Source: Lingula anatina
Taxonomy: Eukaryota > Animalia > Brachiopoda
DNA length: 64,000 bases
Assembly: GCA_051362555.1 (NCBI GenBank)
Contig: CM120647.1
Location: 14,050,651 to 14,114,650, forward strand
Reading direction: 5' to 3'
Shown here: in pieces, positions 25,760-39,189 of the stretch
Layout of the letters: each line of letters opens with the position of its first letter
Numbering within the stretch: position 1 is the stretch's first letter
Position numbers and translations under genes: made by a program
The notes under the pieces: model-generated
The model's input: the letters and a program-made list of their open reading frames with translations, nothing else
Database searches by the model: none
Told to the model about the DNA's origin: nothing

Positions 25760-27829
25760 TGTTTCCTGTTTCCTTTCAAAGAGAACCGATTTTTCAGATT
25801 AAGGCTTCGTCTGATTTGGTAAATGGATTCATTTTATTGAAATTTTATGGAAGGTTTGATTTTCTCAATTGGACTGCTTGAAGTTGATTGGTTCTGCTCA
25901 TTACCTGATGTATATGGAGATTATATAATATATATAATATATATAATATATGCTGAATCAAATACCATTGCATATTGATAAATGTTTTGCTTATGCTGTA
26001 TATTATATATGGAGCTAATTGTGTTATTACTGCGACGGTAGAATGTTGGTGTTAAGTTTAAGAATAGATTATCAATGAATTAAACAATATGTACTCGCTT
26101 TGGTCGATATTTTCTTAAAATTATGAGAAATGGAAGTAGTTTCGATTTTAATATGGTAAATCGACACGTCCTAATTGTAAATACATTTAACATGAATGCA
26201 TGAGGCATTGATTTATGTAATGCAGCTCTTCCACATAGACATAACATGAATTATTTTTGTTATTTATGCATTTTATGTTGTTTAATATTGCTTTGCTTTA
26301 AAAAAGGAAAAAGGAGTGTATGTTGTGAAAGTTGAGGATTCGAAAATGAATTCCCTTGAAGAAAAGTAGTTGAATTTATGTCTTCCAATTTTCACCAATT
26401 TTAATTTTCAATTTAAAAGGAATCAAAGAAGGAAAAAGATATGGACTTATTGAGTGTAAATTGTATTTCAATAAATGTACCGTATGAGTTAGAAAAAGAT
26501 GGAAATGCTAAAGTAAAGTTTTATTTGGTTGGTTAATTTTAAGATCAAATTGAAAGTTATACCACGTGCGTAACACTAACTTAGTTTTCGATATGATCCA
26601 GATATGAGTAATTGTTACGAATAAGCAAACTTCTTTAGTCTTTTTCACATCTATTTTATTTGCTTGTCATTGAAATTGTCACGTAGAAACTGAAATGAAC
26701 AAAATACATCAAATTAAGAAATTATCCTTAAATTATGTTACAATTACAACTTATAAAGTTCTTATTAACTGTTTAAATTACTAAATGATTCATAAAGTCT
26801 TACCTCATTGCGGGAATTAGTGACTTTTAATGATCAGAACATAACTATGATAAGCGCGTGCTCCAGTCAAAAAAGTAAAACCCTATCTCCACCGATGTGC
26901 ATAACGGCTAAGACAGGCCAAACCTTAACAGTAATTCAAACAATATTTTTCATTTTCTTAATTGAAAACAAGTCAATTAAAAATATCCTAATGAGAAAAT
27001 ATTAAATGGTTTAATGCAACATGAGAATGAAAATCACGTAAAATGCACTGGAACGAAAACATGTAAATGCGTGATCAGTATAGAAAAAAAGAGAACAAAT
27101 ACTTGTGAGTTTGAATGAAAATAAATTGGTGAATAAATGTTTGAAAGCTCCAAATCGTCTTAGTCGTATCTGTAACTTTCCTTTGTTTTATTATACATTG
27201 TTTTTACTCTGTAAAACTAGTTGTACGAATATATATATGTATCCTCAAAGCTACCACCAACTGATCAAACAAATGCTTTTTTCTCCTAAAAATACATTAG
27301 AAATTATCCATTATCAACGTGATCATTTTTGAATCCTGACGTCAACCCACGTACCATCCGCAACTTCAAAGTCAACAATGAAGAAATCAACGAAGTCATT
27401 TCCTTCCAGTTCAGAATGTTCAGAAGTAAAAAATTCCATTACCAAGATGTACTGGTAGATGTCCCACATCGATGCTTCCTCCTTAAACAAAACATTATTA
27501 GTTGATATAAACATTACAGTCATAATAATGAGAACTATATTTTTTTCCAGATTATATCTAAAATCTTTATACCCGGTTAAATGTACAGTAAAAATTCAAA
27601 AATAATCAGCAGACAAGTGAAACAAAGAAAAGTGGATTGGATTGAGAAAAGTGAACAAATTGAACAAAAATGACAATATTTGATTTGAAACTTCTTTATC
27701 AGACCCTTAAGAATATCAGGGGGCGAAACAGAGTTAGCCATACATTTTGATACAGAAAATATAAATTGAAAGAACTGTAGCACACATTAATTCCAGAATG
27801 CAAAAAGATCATGTTTTTCAAGTCATATA

Positions 27830-29217
27830 CACACACTGGACAAAAGAAGTGTCACCCCTACTGAGCCAATACTATGGGGGAGATAAATGACTGTGGAATG
27901 ATATGCTCCTGGTATCATTTTATTAACATCAAATTTCACAAAAAATCACAAAATGAGAACAAAATATACATTCTACCAAAATATGCAGTTTCAAGTCCAA
28001 ATTTTGTACTTAGTGGCATAGCCACGTGACCTAATAATAGGTGCCAGTCTACGAAGCAAGGTTTCATATAATTGTCTGATGCGTTAAGGGCTTATGCTGG
28101 CCCAAGCATGAAACACTGAATATAACAGAGTTTCTCTGCTGGTTAGACGGGCATTTGTGAAAAGTTTTGACATATCATTCCACACATTTTCTATTATGTT
28201 TGCATCCGGACTCTGGGCAGGCCACATCACCCTGCGAATGTCCTGTTGGTCAAACCAATCATCAACTGCTCTGGGCCTGTGACAAGGAGCATTGTCATCC
28301 TGGTGAACAAATGGATAATTCCTATCACCAAACATGTTAGTAATAGATGGTAGCAAGCCTGACTCTAAAACATCGATATATTTCTAGTGATTCATGTTTC
28401 CATTAACCACTATCAATTCGCCCAAGCCATGGATGCTGATGCAGTCCCACACCATGATGAATATGCTGCTCCGGGTTCGAAAATTCAGTGCATGTGGTTC
28501 AAATGCTTTAACAGCAGTTTGCCAGCATAGTACCCGTCTGTCATCAGTGGTCAGACCAAAGCGACACTCATCAGAAAAAAATAAATAGGACCAATTGTCA
28601 TGAACTGTCCAGTTCCAGATCCTGTTGACCCTAGTTTACTCTACGTTGCCTGTTTTGTAACGATATAAGAGGTTTCAGTCTTGCTACCCTGCTGTACACT
28701 CTCAGAGCAAGTAACCGACGCCTAGCAATTTTCACAGACACATTCTTATGTGTGAAATTGTTCCACTGTGTTGTCAACTGACAAGCAGTGTCGAACTTTG
28801 ACAACCTGGACATCAAAATCAGTCGTCGGTCTTCACGGCCAGTATTTTTTTCTTGGACGACCCATCAGAGGCAATTTGTCTCTTGATCCAGTGTTTCTAT
28901 ACCGAAACCAGACCCTCTGCACGGTTCTGACTAAACAATTCAATTGTATCGATATTCTGACATTGCTTATATTCCACCTCTTCAGGTTAATAACTTGCAC
29001 CTATAACCGTTAGATAATTGCCTGTATCTTGCCATATTGGAGGAAGACAGGAATAACTTTTGCTGTACATGTACAAGACCAACAATACAATTCCATGGTA
29101 TAGCGGTTTTATACTCATTAGTCACATTATAAGTAGACCAGGCATTATAAGTACCCAAGATCTGCCTACTTTTATTACTCTGAGGTAGGGGGTGACACTT
29201 CTTTTGTCCAGTGTGTG
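27830..29217 (-). mobile_element. Tc1 transposon, copy A (1388 bp, inactivated)
   Basis: TA|CACACACTGGACAAAAGAAGTGTCAC TIRs|TA. Transposase fragments with FSDE and QDDNAPCH...SPDANIIENVW. Absent at the paralogous site near 58075. Confidence 0.93.
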
Positions 29218-29606
29218 TATATATAGAACAAGTTTTATCAATCCCTTAAAATAGGGTCGGCAAAATTGAAACAATTAAATTTATAGGCAAAGAAAATTAA
29301 TTTGAAATAATTGTAGCAAACATAACCTTCAGTATGCACAGATTTACTTGTTCACTCAGAATGTCTCGGACCGTTGCTCACAATTCTCAAAAACACATGG
29401 CATCTGATCGGGCAAGAAGAGCAAGAGCCAGAGCCACCCTCTTACACCCCTTTTGACCGACAAGCATATTGTTTTTAAAAGTATTTACTTAAAAGTATTC
29501 AATGTTATCTGAAAAAATAAAAAAAAAATCTTGAATTTATTAAGATCAGCTTTGAAATGATTTGCATTGGATATTAACTTTGTGAGTGAAATGATGACAC
29601 CAACGA

Positions 29607-29643
<37 letters not shown>

Positions 29644-31866
29644 ATGTTGATATGCTATGTTCATAAACCATAATATTTTCGAAGTATTGATTAACAGTAT
29701 GAGATAAGCAAAATGTGTTTACCGGACCTGTATACAGAGAATCTTATCTCATAATCAATTCACGAATTTTTTCTTGACAAAGAAATACATTTACTTTTTT
29801 TAAAAACTTTACTTACAATACATTGTCATTAATATCTGAGAAATTGCAGTAATAATTTTGACTTTTGGAAGATGTTAAATTCGATTTTATTGAATTTTAA
29901 TGTCATGTTAATGTTTAAATGTAAGATTATAGAATTAATTTCAAGTAGAAAGAGAAGGGGTATTATTAAAATAAACAAATGAACATCAACACACCATTAG
30001 AGAGAGGAGAGTGGTGAGAATATTGAATTAATTAATCCCCTCCGGCGGCTTCTCAAATTTCTCATTTACCTGAACACCACGATCACCGTTTCAACGCCAA
30101 TTAAATGACACCATTTGGCTCTCCGAAACCCTGCCAGCGATTTTTCCTAAAAGCCATAGTTCAGATTTTATCGTTGGTAAAGCTGAAATATACCTTCGTT
30201 TAATGAAAATTCGTAATTAGGACCTCATAATTCTGTAACAAAAACATAAAGCAAACCGATGACACGGGTTTGTAGTTCATACGTTTTGGTCAACTCAATT
30301 TTCGAAATAAAGTCTTGTTCAGGGATGAACTTAACCCGATACCAATTGTTACTTCACCTCAAAAAGGAAAGCTGTTAAATAGACAATTAAAGTTTTGAGT
30401 TACGTATGATTATACATTGGAACGAGAAGTATCATCACCGAAATTTTATATATTTCGGAGGGATTTTTTTGTTTATGATAGATGCATCTTTAAGTAATAA
30501 GAAAAAAAAATCATTTTCGATATCTGGATGGTAATTTTAAAGGTTTACAATATCCTCAATTTATCGTTTTACTTATTTATTCATTTATTTTTCTCTGTCG
30601 TTGACCTCTATTTTCACAATTGTGCTAGCTTGGACAGATCTCACCTAGCACATTTCACATTATTGTGGTCGTCATCTGGGGCTGTAGCAGATAAAGTTGT
30701 CATTTAATACGTTTAACATATGTGTGTACGGTGTGAGAAGTTGTATAAATACGAGTCTTTAAGTACTTGTGTACGTGTATTTGAATGAATATTTTGTTGA
30801 AATATTTATGTTCGTGCGTGCGTGTGCTTAAGAAAAGGTACAAAGCATACTCAATATGCTGAAACGTGTCTTTATACATGTATATGCCTATGATAAACGT
30901 TTTAAATTTGTACTTAATTAATTGCTTTGGTCAAATTGTCTTGTTTTGGTCATTTCTTTTATTTTCTTTTACTACCTTTCTATTATTTGTTCGCCTTATA
31001 TTGTAGACAAAATAACCAGAACAATAATTATCCTTTTAATTTTCCAATCATTGCTCGTTCATAACTATTTGTGTGTGTGTGTGCGCACACGCACAATAAA
31101 GTGTGTTTGTATTTCTCATTGCAACAACAAGTCTTCATTAAAGCGAAGATGGCATCCAAGTATTACCGAGGTGAAGAATACAACAACACAGTTAACTTCA
31201 GCACATAGATGGCGCATATGTAATGCATATATTTGAGAATACCTCCACATTATAAAAGGGTCGACCATATCTGTTCCGCATGACGGTCGAGTAGAGTCTA
31301 AGAATTATAGAGACTGAATACGCAGTACACAGTTTTTTATACGAGGGACAGGACCTGTTGCCGTGCATCTCCCAACACTAAATGTATGACTATCAGAGCA
31401 TTTACTACAGTACAACTCACTAGTTTTATGACCTAGTGTACAGGAGGTGAAAGTCAGGACAACTTCACTAGTGAGTTGGATGTCGATCTGTGAAGGCTCG
31501 ACAGCTGAACAGTAGAGGAGGAGTTTGCTAGCATTGCGCAGCCTCCACTTGTGGTCACACTGTCAAGTTGAGGATTGAACTAAGACAGAATTACCCTACA
31601 GTTGAGTTTCTACCTGGACAGCTAGTATATAAAGTGACACACCAGTTGACAACAGTGTTGATGACCCGTATGATAAACATAATGGTCTGCAGTGTGATCT
31701 ACAGGTACATGTATAAGTTGGCCTATGGATGCAAATCTGGAAGCCTTATACTTGTGACACCAGTGCCTGAATAAATGTATATACAATGACAGCCGTGTTT
31801 GTCTGAGAAACTGTGAGAAACTGTTAAGAAACTGTGAGAAGTTAAAGAAAATCCCAGGTAGCTATA

Positions 31867-32517
31867 ATGAACAGAATGGCGGATCAAAAGCTGGAAGAAA
31901 CCAGCGTCGTCTGCCACAGCCCGCAAGACTACAACGTGTTCATAGTGGGGTACAAGGGACACGGTAAGTCAGCCACTATGATGAACATTATACGGGACAA
32001 AAATTATAAGGGAGCCGCGGGCTACAAAATAGAGGAGAGAACGCACGAGAAATGTACATTCTATGATACCCCGGGTTTCGGCTCACTGGACACAAGCGAC
32101 TCGGAATTGCTGCGCTTGATAAACGCAAAAGCCCACGCGGTCGGTGAAGTGCACGCTGTGTTATTCGTGCTGCGTTATTGGCGCATCAGAAGTTCTGTCA
32201 TTACGTTAATACACCAACTTAAGGACGCTTTCGGGCCAGACTACCACAGACGCACCATCATAGTCTTCACCTCTTCTAAATATGAAACCGCAATGAAGTT
32301 AAGAGACTATTTGGAACACAGTGCGTTAGAATTTCAGGAATTTGTCAAGTTTTGTGAGGACAGAGTGATCATGTTGGAAAATTCTGACTACCAGACTGGG
32401 GAAACTGCTGCCTCACAAATTAAGGACATGATAACCAACAGAATGCACTCAGAGCCATTGGTAGTCCCATGGTCTACAGTAAGTAACCTAGCTTTCTTAA
32501 AGTCACTTTCATGTTAA
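31867..32517 (+). CDS. Divergent AIG1/GIMAP-family GTPase domain (exon probably ends at the donor after 32478)
   Basis: NVFIVGYKGHGKSAT (P-loop), FYDTPGF (G3), EVHAVLFVLRYWR (conserved box), TIIVFT, CEDRVIMLEN. ACA|gtaagt phase-0 donor at 32479. Confidence 0.85.
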   Translation: MNRMADQKLEETSVVCHSPQDYNVFIVGYKGHGKSATMMNIIRDKNYKGAAGYKIEERTHEKCTFYDTPGFGSLDTSDSELLRLINAKAHAVGEVHAVLFVLRYWRIRSSVITLIHQLKDAFGPDYHRRTIIVFTSSKYETAMKLRDYLEHSALEFQEFVKFCEDRVIMLENSDYQTGETAASQIKDMITNRMHSEPLVVPWSTVSNLAFLKSLSC

Positions 32518-32826
32518 TTGTTTAGATAAATAGAAAAGCAAGAAAAGTAAGATGTGTTACAGGTATGTGTGAAAACCAGATTGAAGAATGCATAAGTGAA
32601 AAATATGTTAATGAATGAATACACTCAGCTTTGTGTGTTTGTGCGTGTTTGTGCGTGTATCTGTGTGTGTGTAAGAGAGAGAAAAGAAATGCTTTTGGGT
32701 GAGTGGCCGTATGAATAAACGAATTAAGGTGACTGATAGTAAAAGGACCAAAGTCATAGAAACAAAGCCCTGGGCTTATAAGTTTTTTATAAAAAATTAA
32801 AACAAACTTCCCAAAAGGCCAATTAA

Positions 32827-34853
32827 AGACGGGGATTAAGTACAGTGTCCAACGGATGACGCTCTGGCGCCAATTTGAGGGGAAAATGCCGTTTTCGGTA
32901 TTGGGGTTTTCTCTATAACCAAGACAGCTATTCAAGTGATTCAAAAGGCCTCATAAAGCTGGGTAAAAGCACTACAGCGGGGTACCAGGGAATTGTCTTA
33001 AACTATTTACTTTTGATTTTATCATCTTTTACGTTAAATCAGCCCATATTTCAATGGGTTATTCACTTCAAAAGGCGATAACTTTCAAACAAACAATTTC
33101 CTCTTAAACCCCTGATATCATGCTGTAGTCCACATTCCTAACAACAATAGGTGCAACTTTTGTAACGATCGGTTGCTCAGATAGTGAGATATACTTGGCA
33201 GCGATTCACTTATCTCGTCAATATAGAAAGCTGTTAAAACAGCCAAAAACGTTCACAGGTTGGTTAACAGGGCCTATTAGTCAAATGCTTAGCTGGCAAA
33301 TTTACCTGTTATCGGTTATACGATCAGATGGAACCATTGCTTATTGTCATCTAAAAATATTTTGTTTGGGTGCTTTGAAGGGGCAGAAAATCGTGCTTTT
33401 GTTACATTTTTCGACCACTCGTTAGGCTTGTAAGCGTGCCGCGATTTTGATTGACAGCTCTGGAGAGGGCCTTAGCCTAGTGATGCCCAGTAGGGTGTCA
33501 AGGATATGTAGAAGGAAGCGCTAACAAAGGCGATTACATTTAACCGCAATTAAGAGGTGTGAAGTTGCATTTGAACGTTTCAATGGCTTTTCTTCGGCAA
33601 ACGAGTAATTTTACCTGGGAGATTTCTTTTCTGTTATCGGCAAAGTGATCAGATAAAACTGTCTGTCGAGAGCAAGTGGCCGTCACTTGTGTTAATAAGA
33701 GTTTTTTGACGGGTAATGCTGCAGGATTATTTTGCACGGCACTTGGTAATCGTCAGATCAACGGAAAAAATCCAGTGATTACTTCGGAGCGGTCTCTCAA
33801 AATGCCAGCTAAGATAAAGGGGAGACGCTCAGCTGCACAAGATTCAGCGGTAAAAGTGGCTGAGAGAAGTCTTTTGAATAAATATTTCATTTTTACACAC
33901 ATGACACTTAGACCCTATTTGCTTTTTACCTGCTAGTCTTGACTATTTTCGGAGTCTTTTTGTGATTTTCATTTTTGGATACATTTTGAACTCTTTCTTC
34001 CCGCTTGATCAGTTATTTTGAAATTGTTTTTCTCCAAACACCGCAAAATGCAAAGCCGCTAACATGCGTTTTTATTTTTATTGTTTTAATCATGCTGTCA
34101 ACCCTTGCTTGGATTTCTCTCGTTTGGCCATTCACATCACAATTTTTCGCGTGTCTCTCAAGCTCCATGATATCATATCTTGGAGAATAAAATTTTATTT
34201 TGTCAACATTAGATTTACCTTTTGCAAACGGCGACCAACAACCATTTCCGGTTTCGTAACGTGTCGCAGATACGCTCGCCGATATATACCGCAAAAATTA
34301 AGAGCTATGCTAAAAGTATCCTTTTTAGCGTTTTTTTTTTAAATTTATTTATCGATTTTTCTTTCATTTGTCAATTAATTTAGGCGATTCGATTAACTCT
34401 TTCACCCATTTATTAGGTATACAGAAATCAGTTATCCGACTGAACAAATAGGGCGGGTTTTCCCCAACCGCCACGCATAGGCCCTACTCTCTTTCAAAAT
34501 TTTCTTTCTTTCCTCTGGAAATGGACTTTTAACACAAACTTTTCTCTTTCCCCATAGTGTACTAGCTAGACTTCTTCGCTGCTAAGCTGATGTAAGACTT
34601 ATGACCTATTACCGCACACGTAATCGGCTTATAACTCATTAACTGTGCTCCGACCCCCTCATGTAACAGAGGCGTGGCTTAGTTGTCAGCCTGACTGGGG
34701 CGCGTGCCGGTTGAAAAACTCATCAAAAGACAGATTTTGCGATGCAAATTCATAAAAATTATTACATCCAACGTTAGATACCTATTTGATTAATATAAAC
34801 ACACAAAAAACTCAAAAACATGATTCTAAGCGTATTTAACCCTATCACCGGCC
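32827..34853. mobile_element. Possible non-autonomous TTAA-flanked (Kolobok-like) element
   Basis: ttaa|agacggggat ... atcaccggcc|ttaa; short imperfect TIRs only. Confidence 0.35.
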
Positions 34854-36134
34854 TTAATAAATGACGAATTGTACAACATTTTACAGCCGCTTTCATTTTT
34901 TTTTTTTTTTTTTTTTTTGAAAATAAAAGTCAATACCTATCAAGATCAAAGTATTTGCAATTTAAAATATATTCACATTTTTATTTTGTTTTTTATTGTT
35001 CTCTTTCGTTCCTATGTAATGCGTATTTGTGGGCGTGTCTGGACCTCGTGGTGTTCGTGATTTCCAGTGTATGGCAGGGCCTGTGTTACTTGTACATGCA
35101 GTAAATAGGTGATTGTAAAAGTTGAATAGCCCTGAATTTTTATGAAAATGATTTTTTTAGAATGAATTTTTTTCAGTTGAGCCAAAAAAAAAAAAAAAAT
35201 GGGAAAAACAGGACTGGTACTCGGGTTTTCATTTACAAATTAATTGAGTGCCAGTTTTTAAAGGTTCACAGAATTTGATCTTATTGGGCTTTGCCTGAGG
35301 ACCCTTTTAACTTCTGCCAAATATTATGCCCCAAAACTGTATTTCAAGGGATTTATGCCCATTTTTCTGTTTTTACAGCTTTTGAAGCAGATTTTCAGTC
35401 ATCATACATTTCACTCATATATATGTTTATTATACTAGTCTAGTGAGATTTTTGAAAAAAGGCTCTGCATAAGAGGCAAGGAGCATTTTGGGGTAAAAGT
35501 TGGGAACCAGGCTTATTAGCATAATTTTGGGATGCTAAATCCGATTTCCCAAGCAAAATTTTGCGTTTTTAACGGTCTAATTTGCAAAAAAAAAAACAAA
35601 ACAAAACAAAACAAAAAAAAAAAAAAAAAAAAAATGGCCGCCAGATTTCCTATTTTATGCAATATCTCTGGAACTAGACAGGCAAATATGACAAATGAAG
35701 TGTCTTTACCTATATTTTCAGGGTCGAGGAACATTATTAAGCTGTTTCTGTTAGAATTAGATTTACGCAATTTTCCAAAATATGCAAATTAGGATCGCCA
35801 TTACTGAAAAACCGTTTTACTTCTGTATCTCTGTAACTAGGCAAGCAAACATGACAAATGAAGTGTCTACACCTATGTTCTCAGGGTCAGGGAATGTGAT
35901 AAATCAGATTTCTTGTCTGATGGGTAGCACTGACTTTGTGAATCATGCCTGAGTAGCACTTTTTATTGTTTCTTCCCTGTATCTGTCAAACACTAGTCAA
36001 TGTGCTGATAGTTAGAACCTGCCTTCAGAACTGCTCTTACGTACGTGTCAGCCAAACTACCAAAGGTCACTGCATTGTCAGGCTTTCCCAGTGAAACTGC
36101 CAGTGCTTGCCCATCAATTATAAGGCAAGGTGAG

Positions 36135-36404
36135 CAGAGGCGGATCCAGGATTATTTGAAGGGGGAGTCCGCGGATGCAAAGCCTCCCCCCTCCCACCCC
36201 CCACACTTGGCAACGGGTTAGGGGCCTGTTGAAGGGCCACGAAAAATTTTGGTATTTAAGAGGGCGAACGGCGCCATTTGGTATGGTTTACAACTATGAT
36301 TCAGCTAGTCAAAATTATAATTTCAAGGGGGGGACCAGAATTCGAAGGGGGAGGGGGTCAGGGCCCCCTTGAGCCCCCCCCCCCCACCCCTAAATCCGCC
36401 ACTG
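36135..36404. mobile_element. Short MITE with CAG(A/T)GGCGGAT termini (hAT-like)
   Basis: CAGAGGCGGATCCAGG ... CCTAAATCCGCCACTG; target duplication not clean. Confidence 0.55.
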
Positions 36405-37039
36405 GGTTAAGAGTCATTCAGTTTAATTTCATCAGGGCAGAATACGTCTTCTGTTAACCTTTCTGTTACAGATTTGGCTACAACGAAATCGTTTAGAAGG
36501 TTGAGAAACTGCTCAAACTTGCTATTAACACAGAAATATTTTTCGTATCGTCAATCATTTAATTGGATTCAATAGAATATCAGAAGATTAAAGCTAAAAT
36601 TCAAGAAATTTTGTTAATTAAAATGAAACGATACCAATGGGTAACCAGTAATAAGCTAATGGAAAAATCGCTGAAATGAATGAGGTGAGGTGTCATCGTG
36701 TACTTGAAGTATACACATACATATTGACATTTAATATGGAATATTTTAGTTTAAAAGGAAAGTGTTGATAATAAATTAACTTTTTAGAAAAATTGATCAC
36801 AAACGACAATTGTGATCAGGTACATGTGTAGCCAGGTGTGTTGGTTATTGTTCATTAGGCTGCTTCTCTGAAGCACGGTTATATTACGTAATATGTGGCA
36901 GTTTCTCTTAGCAGTCCTCTTTGGCTGGTTACAGAATGCATATAAAAGAGCAGCAGTTCTGCAGAATAGGTCTCTTTATTTCGGCAGCGTCCAGTCAGAA
37001 GAGTTCGATATTTTGCAGACTCTTAGCTGACCTTACGGT

Positions 37040-38000
37040 ATGTGAACTAACGGCAGCGACTTGCCACACTATTGTTGAATTATGTCAGAATGAACAGAGG
37101 CAAACTGCTATTGCCAGACAGTTGAATGTGTCCCAGGGAGCAGTTTCTAACGTCTTACAGAAACACGCCCAGACTAGTGCATTTACACAAAGACCACGGC
37201 CAGGACGTCCTAAAGTCACCACCAGAAGGGAATACCGCTTGCTTCTGCGGTTATGTCGTAACAACCGGACAAAGACAACTCTTGCTGTACAAAATGAGTG
37301 GCAAATTACCATTCAAAAGCATGTTTCTAAAACTCTAGTGAATGCAAGGCTACTTTTAGCTGGTTAACTCTATGAACAGAGCAACATGGTGGGCTAGACG
37401 CCATTTGCGGTTCCAGGCACAGCACTGGGTTCATGTAGATTTTTACATATGAGGCAGGGTTTGAATTCCACCACCGTGATGGCTGAATCAGAGTCAGTAG
37501 GTTTCCGGACGAGTTACTGCACGAGGATTGTGTCACACTACAGTAATTTGTGGCCGTGGCAGTGTGTATGGACCGGTTTCCACTCTGGAGCCAAAACACT
37601 ATTAGTGGCAATTGACGGAAACCTCAACCAGATAAATTACAGGGACATTTTAGAGAATACTTGCTTACAATTTGCAAGAAGGTACTTCCAGGACAACTTC
37701 ATCCTGCAAGAAGACAATGCCAGACCACACCATGACCATGCAATAACTGCTTTTCTGCAAAACCAAGAGGTAAACCAGTTGCCTTGGCCGACGAAATTCC
37801 CCTGACATGAATTCTATAGAAAACCAGTGGGCATACATCGCTGGCAGAATCAAGAACTTACCCGTCCACCCTACAAATCGGCACAAGCTGAGGCAAGCTC
37901 AGGCTAATGCGTGTAACACAATACTGGATCATACTCTCAGAAACCTCTCTGCGTGGAATGAGGACTCTGGTTACAGCTAGAAGAGGCTGCACGCGTTGTT
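37040..38000 (+). pseudogene. Degenerate Tc1 transposase
   Basis: IARQLNVSQGAVSNVL HTH, RPGRPKVTT, VWTGF, LQEDNARPH, WPTKFPDMNSIENQW; stops, frameshifts and an internal deletion. Confidence 0.88.
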
Positions 38001-38442
38001 ATCAGTTTCCATTTTTCACATTTGTCTTGATGATTCTTTTGTGTGAGAGAAAATCCTTACCAACTGATATTCTTGATAATATCGATCATAAGAATTTAAT
38101 ACCTCGTTGTTATCAGCTATAAAATTATCCATGCGCTGTTTATAACGCTGATTTGAATACGTATTTAAATTAAATTTTTGATGATGTATTCACACGGGTT
38201 GATTTATTAAAGCCATATCGAACACGATAACAAGTGTTTTTTCATCCATTACTAATATATGGGAAAAAAGAAAATATGTTTGAAAAAAATCCATTTTAAA
38301 TGTGAAGTCTGTACATTGCATCTCTACATTGTGAAGCTGTCAGAAATTATTTCAGCATTTTTGTACTTCATTTTGGTTTTGGTTCATGACTGTTGTTTGA
38401 GAGAGTTTAATATTTCACCATTAATGCAACTATTCATATAAG

Positions 38443-38497
<55 letters not shown>

Positions 38498-39189
38498 TTA
38501 AACTGCATTTGAAGAAACATTTTGTTGAGCAATTGATCATAGTTGTAAAAGAAATGAAGAGACTAAACAGTGATTGCATTCTGTATCCTTGTATATCCTT
38601 GTTTTGTACATTATAAATTATAACTTATTTAATGTAATATAGATATGATGTTTATAAGGTACACTACAAATTAGATCAATTTTCTCATTTTTAATTTGAT
38701 TAGATGCCCAAACGATCAAATGCATTACTGTAATACACACCTTCCTCAATCCAATTTTTCTCTTCCACTATGCTCCTGAATTTAAATTGTCTTGATAGCT
38801 GTATACTCATTTGCTGCTTGACTCATATAAACAATGACTTAGACAGGATACCACGCATCTGACAACACCAATTAGGTGGTTACTGCTATTGGTGTAACAA
38901 TAGCTACAGGAATAGTGACCTAATAATAGGTGCCAGGCTAACAAAAGAAATTCACAGTTGTTGAATCTGTGGTTATGGCTGGTGGAGTAGGGCTTTCTCT
39001 AACATCAGTTGATTGTTAAACTTTAGGCTTAAAGTGTGATTGAGCATGATTTATAATCAAATGTATCTTTAAACATTTATTTGTCCTCGTTTCCCACCAT
39101 TTATGAGGGACAGTACTTTACTCTTAATGTTGACTTACGTTTACATCACATTATATATATATATAAGGCAGCTAGGATTGAACTTTCAC

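Larger units (their letters stand above)
18690..30030 (+). repeat. Segmental duplication, copy A (paralog ~50890-58890)
   Basis: Colinear similarity in intron, CDS, 3' flank (23060-23640 vs 53920-54520) and intergenic blocks (25830-27820 vs 56230-58070; 29225-30030 vs 58080-58890). Confidence 0.9.
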
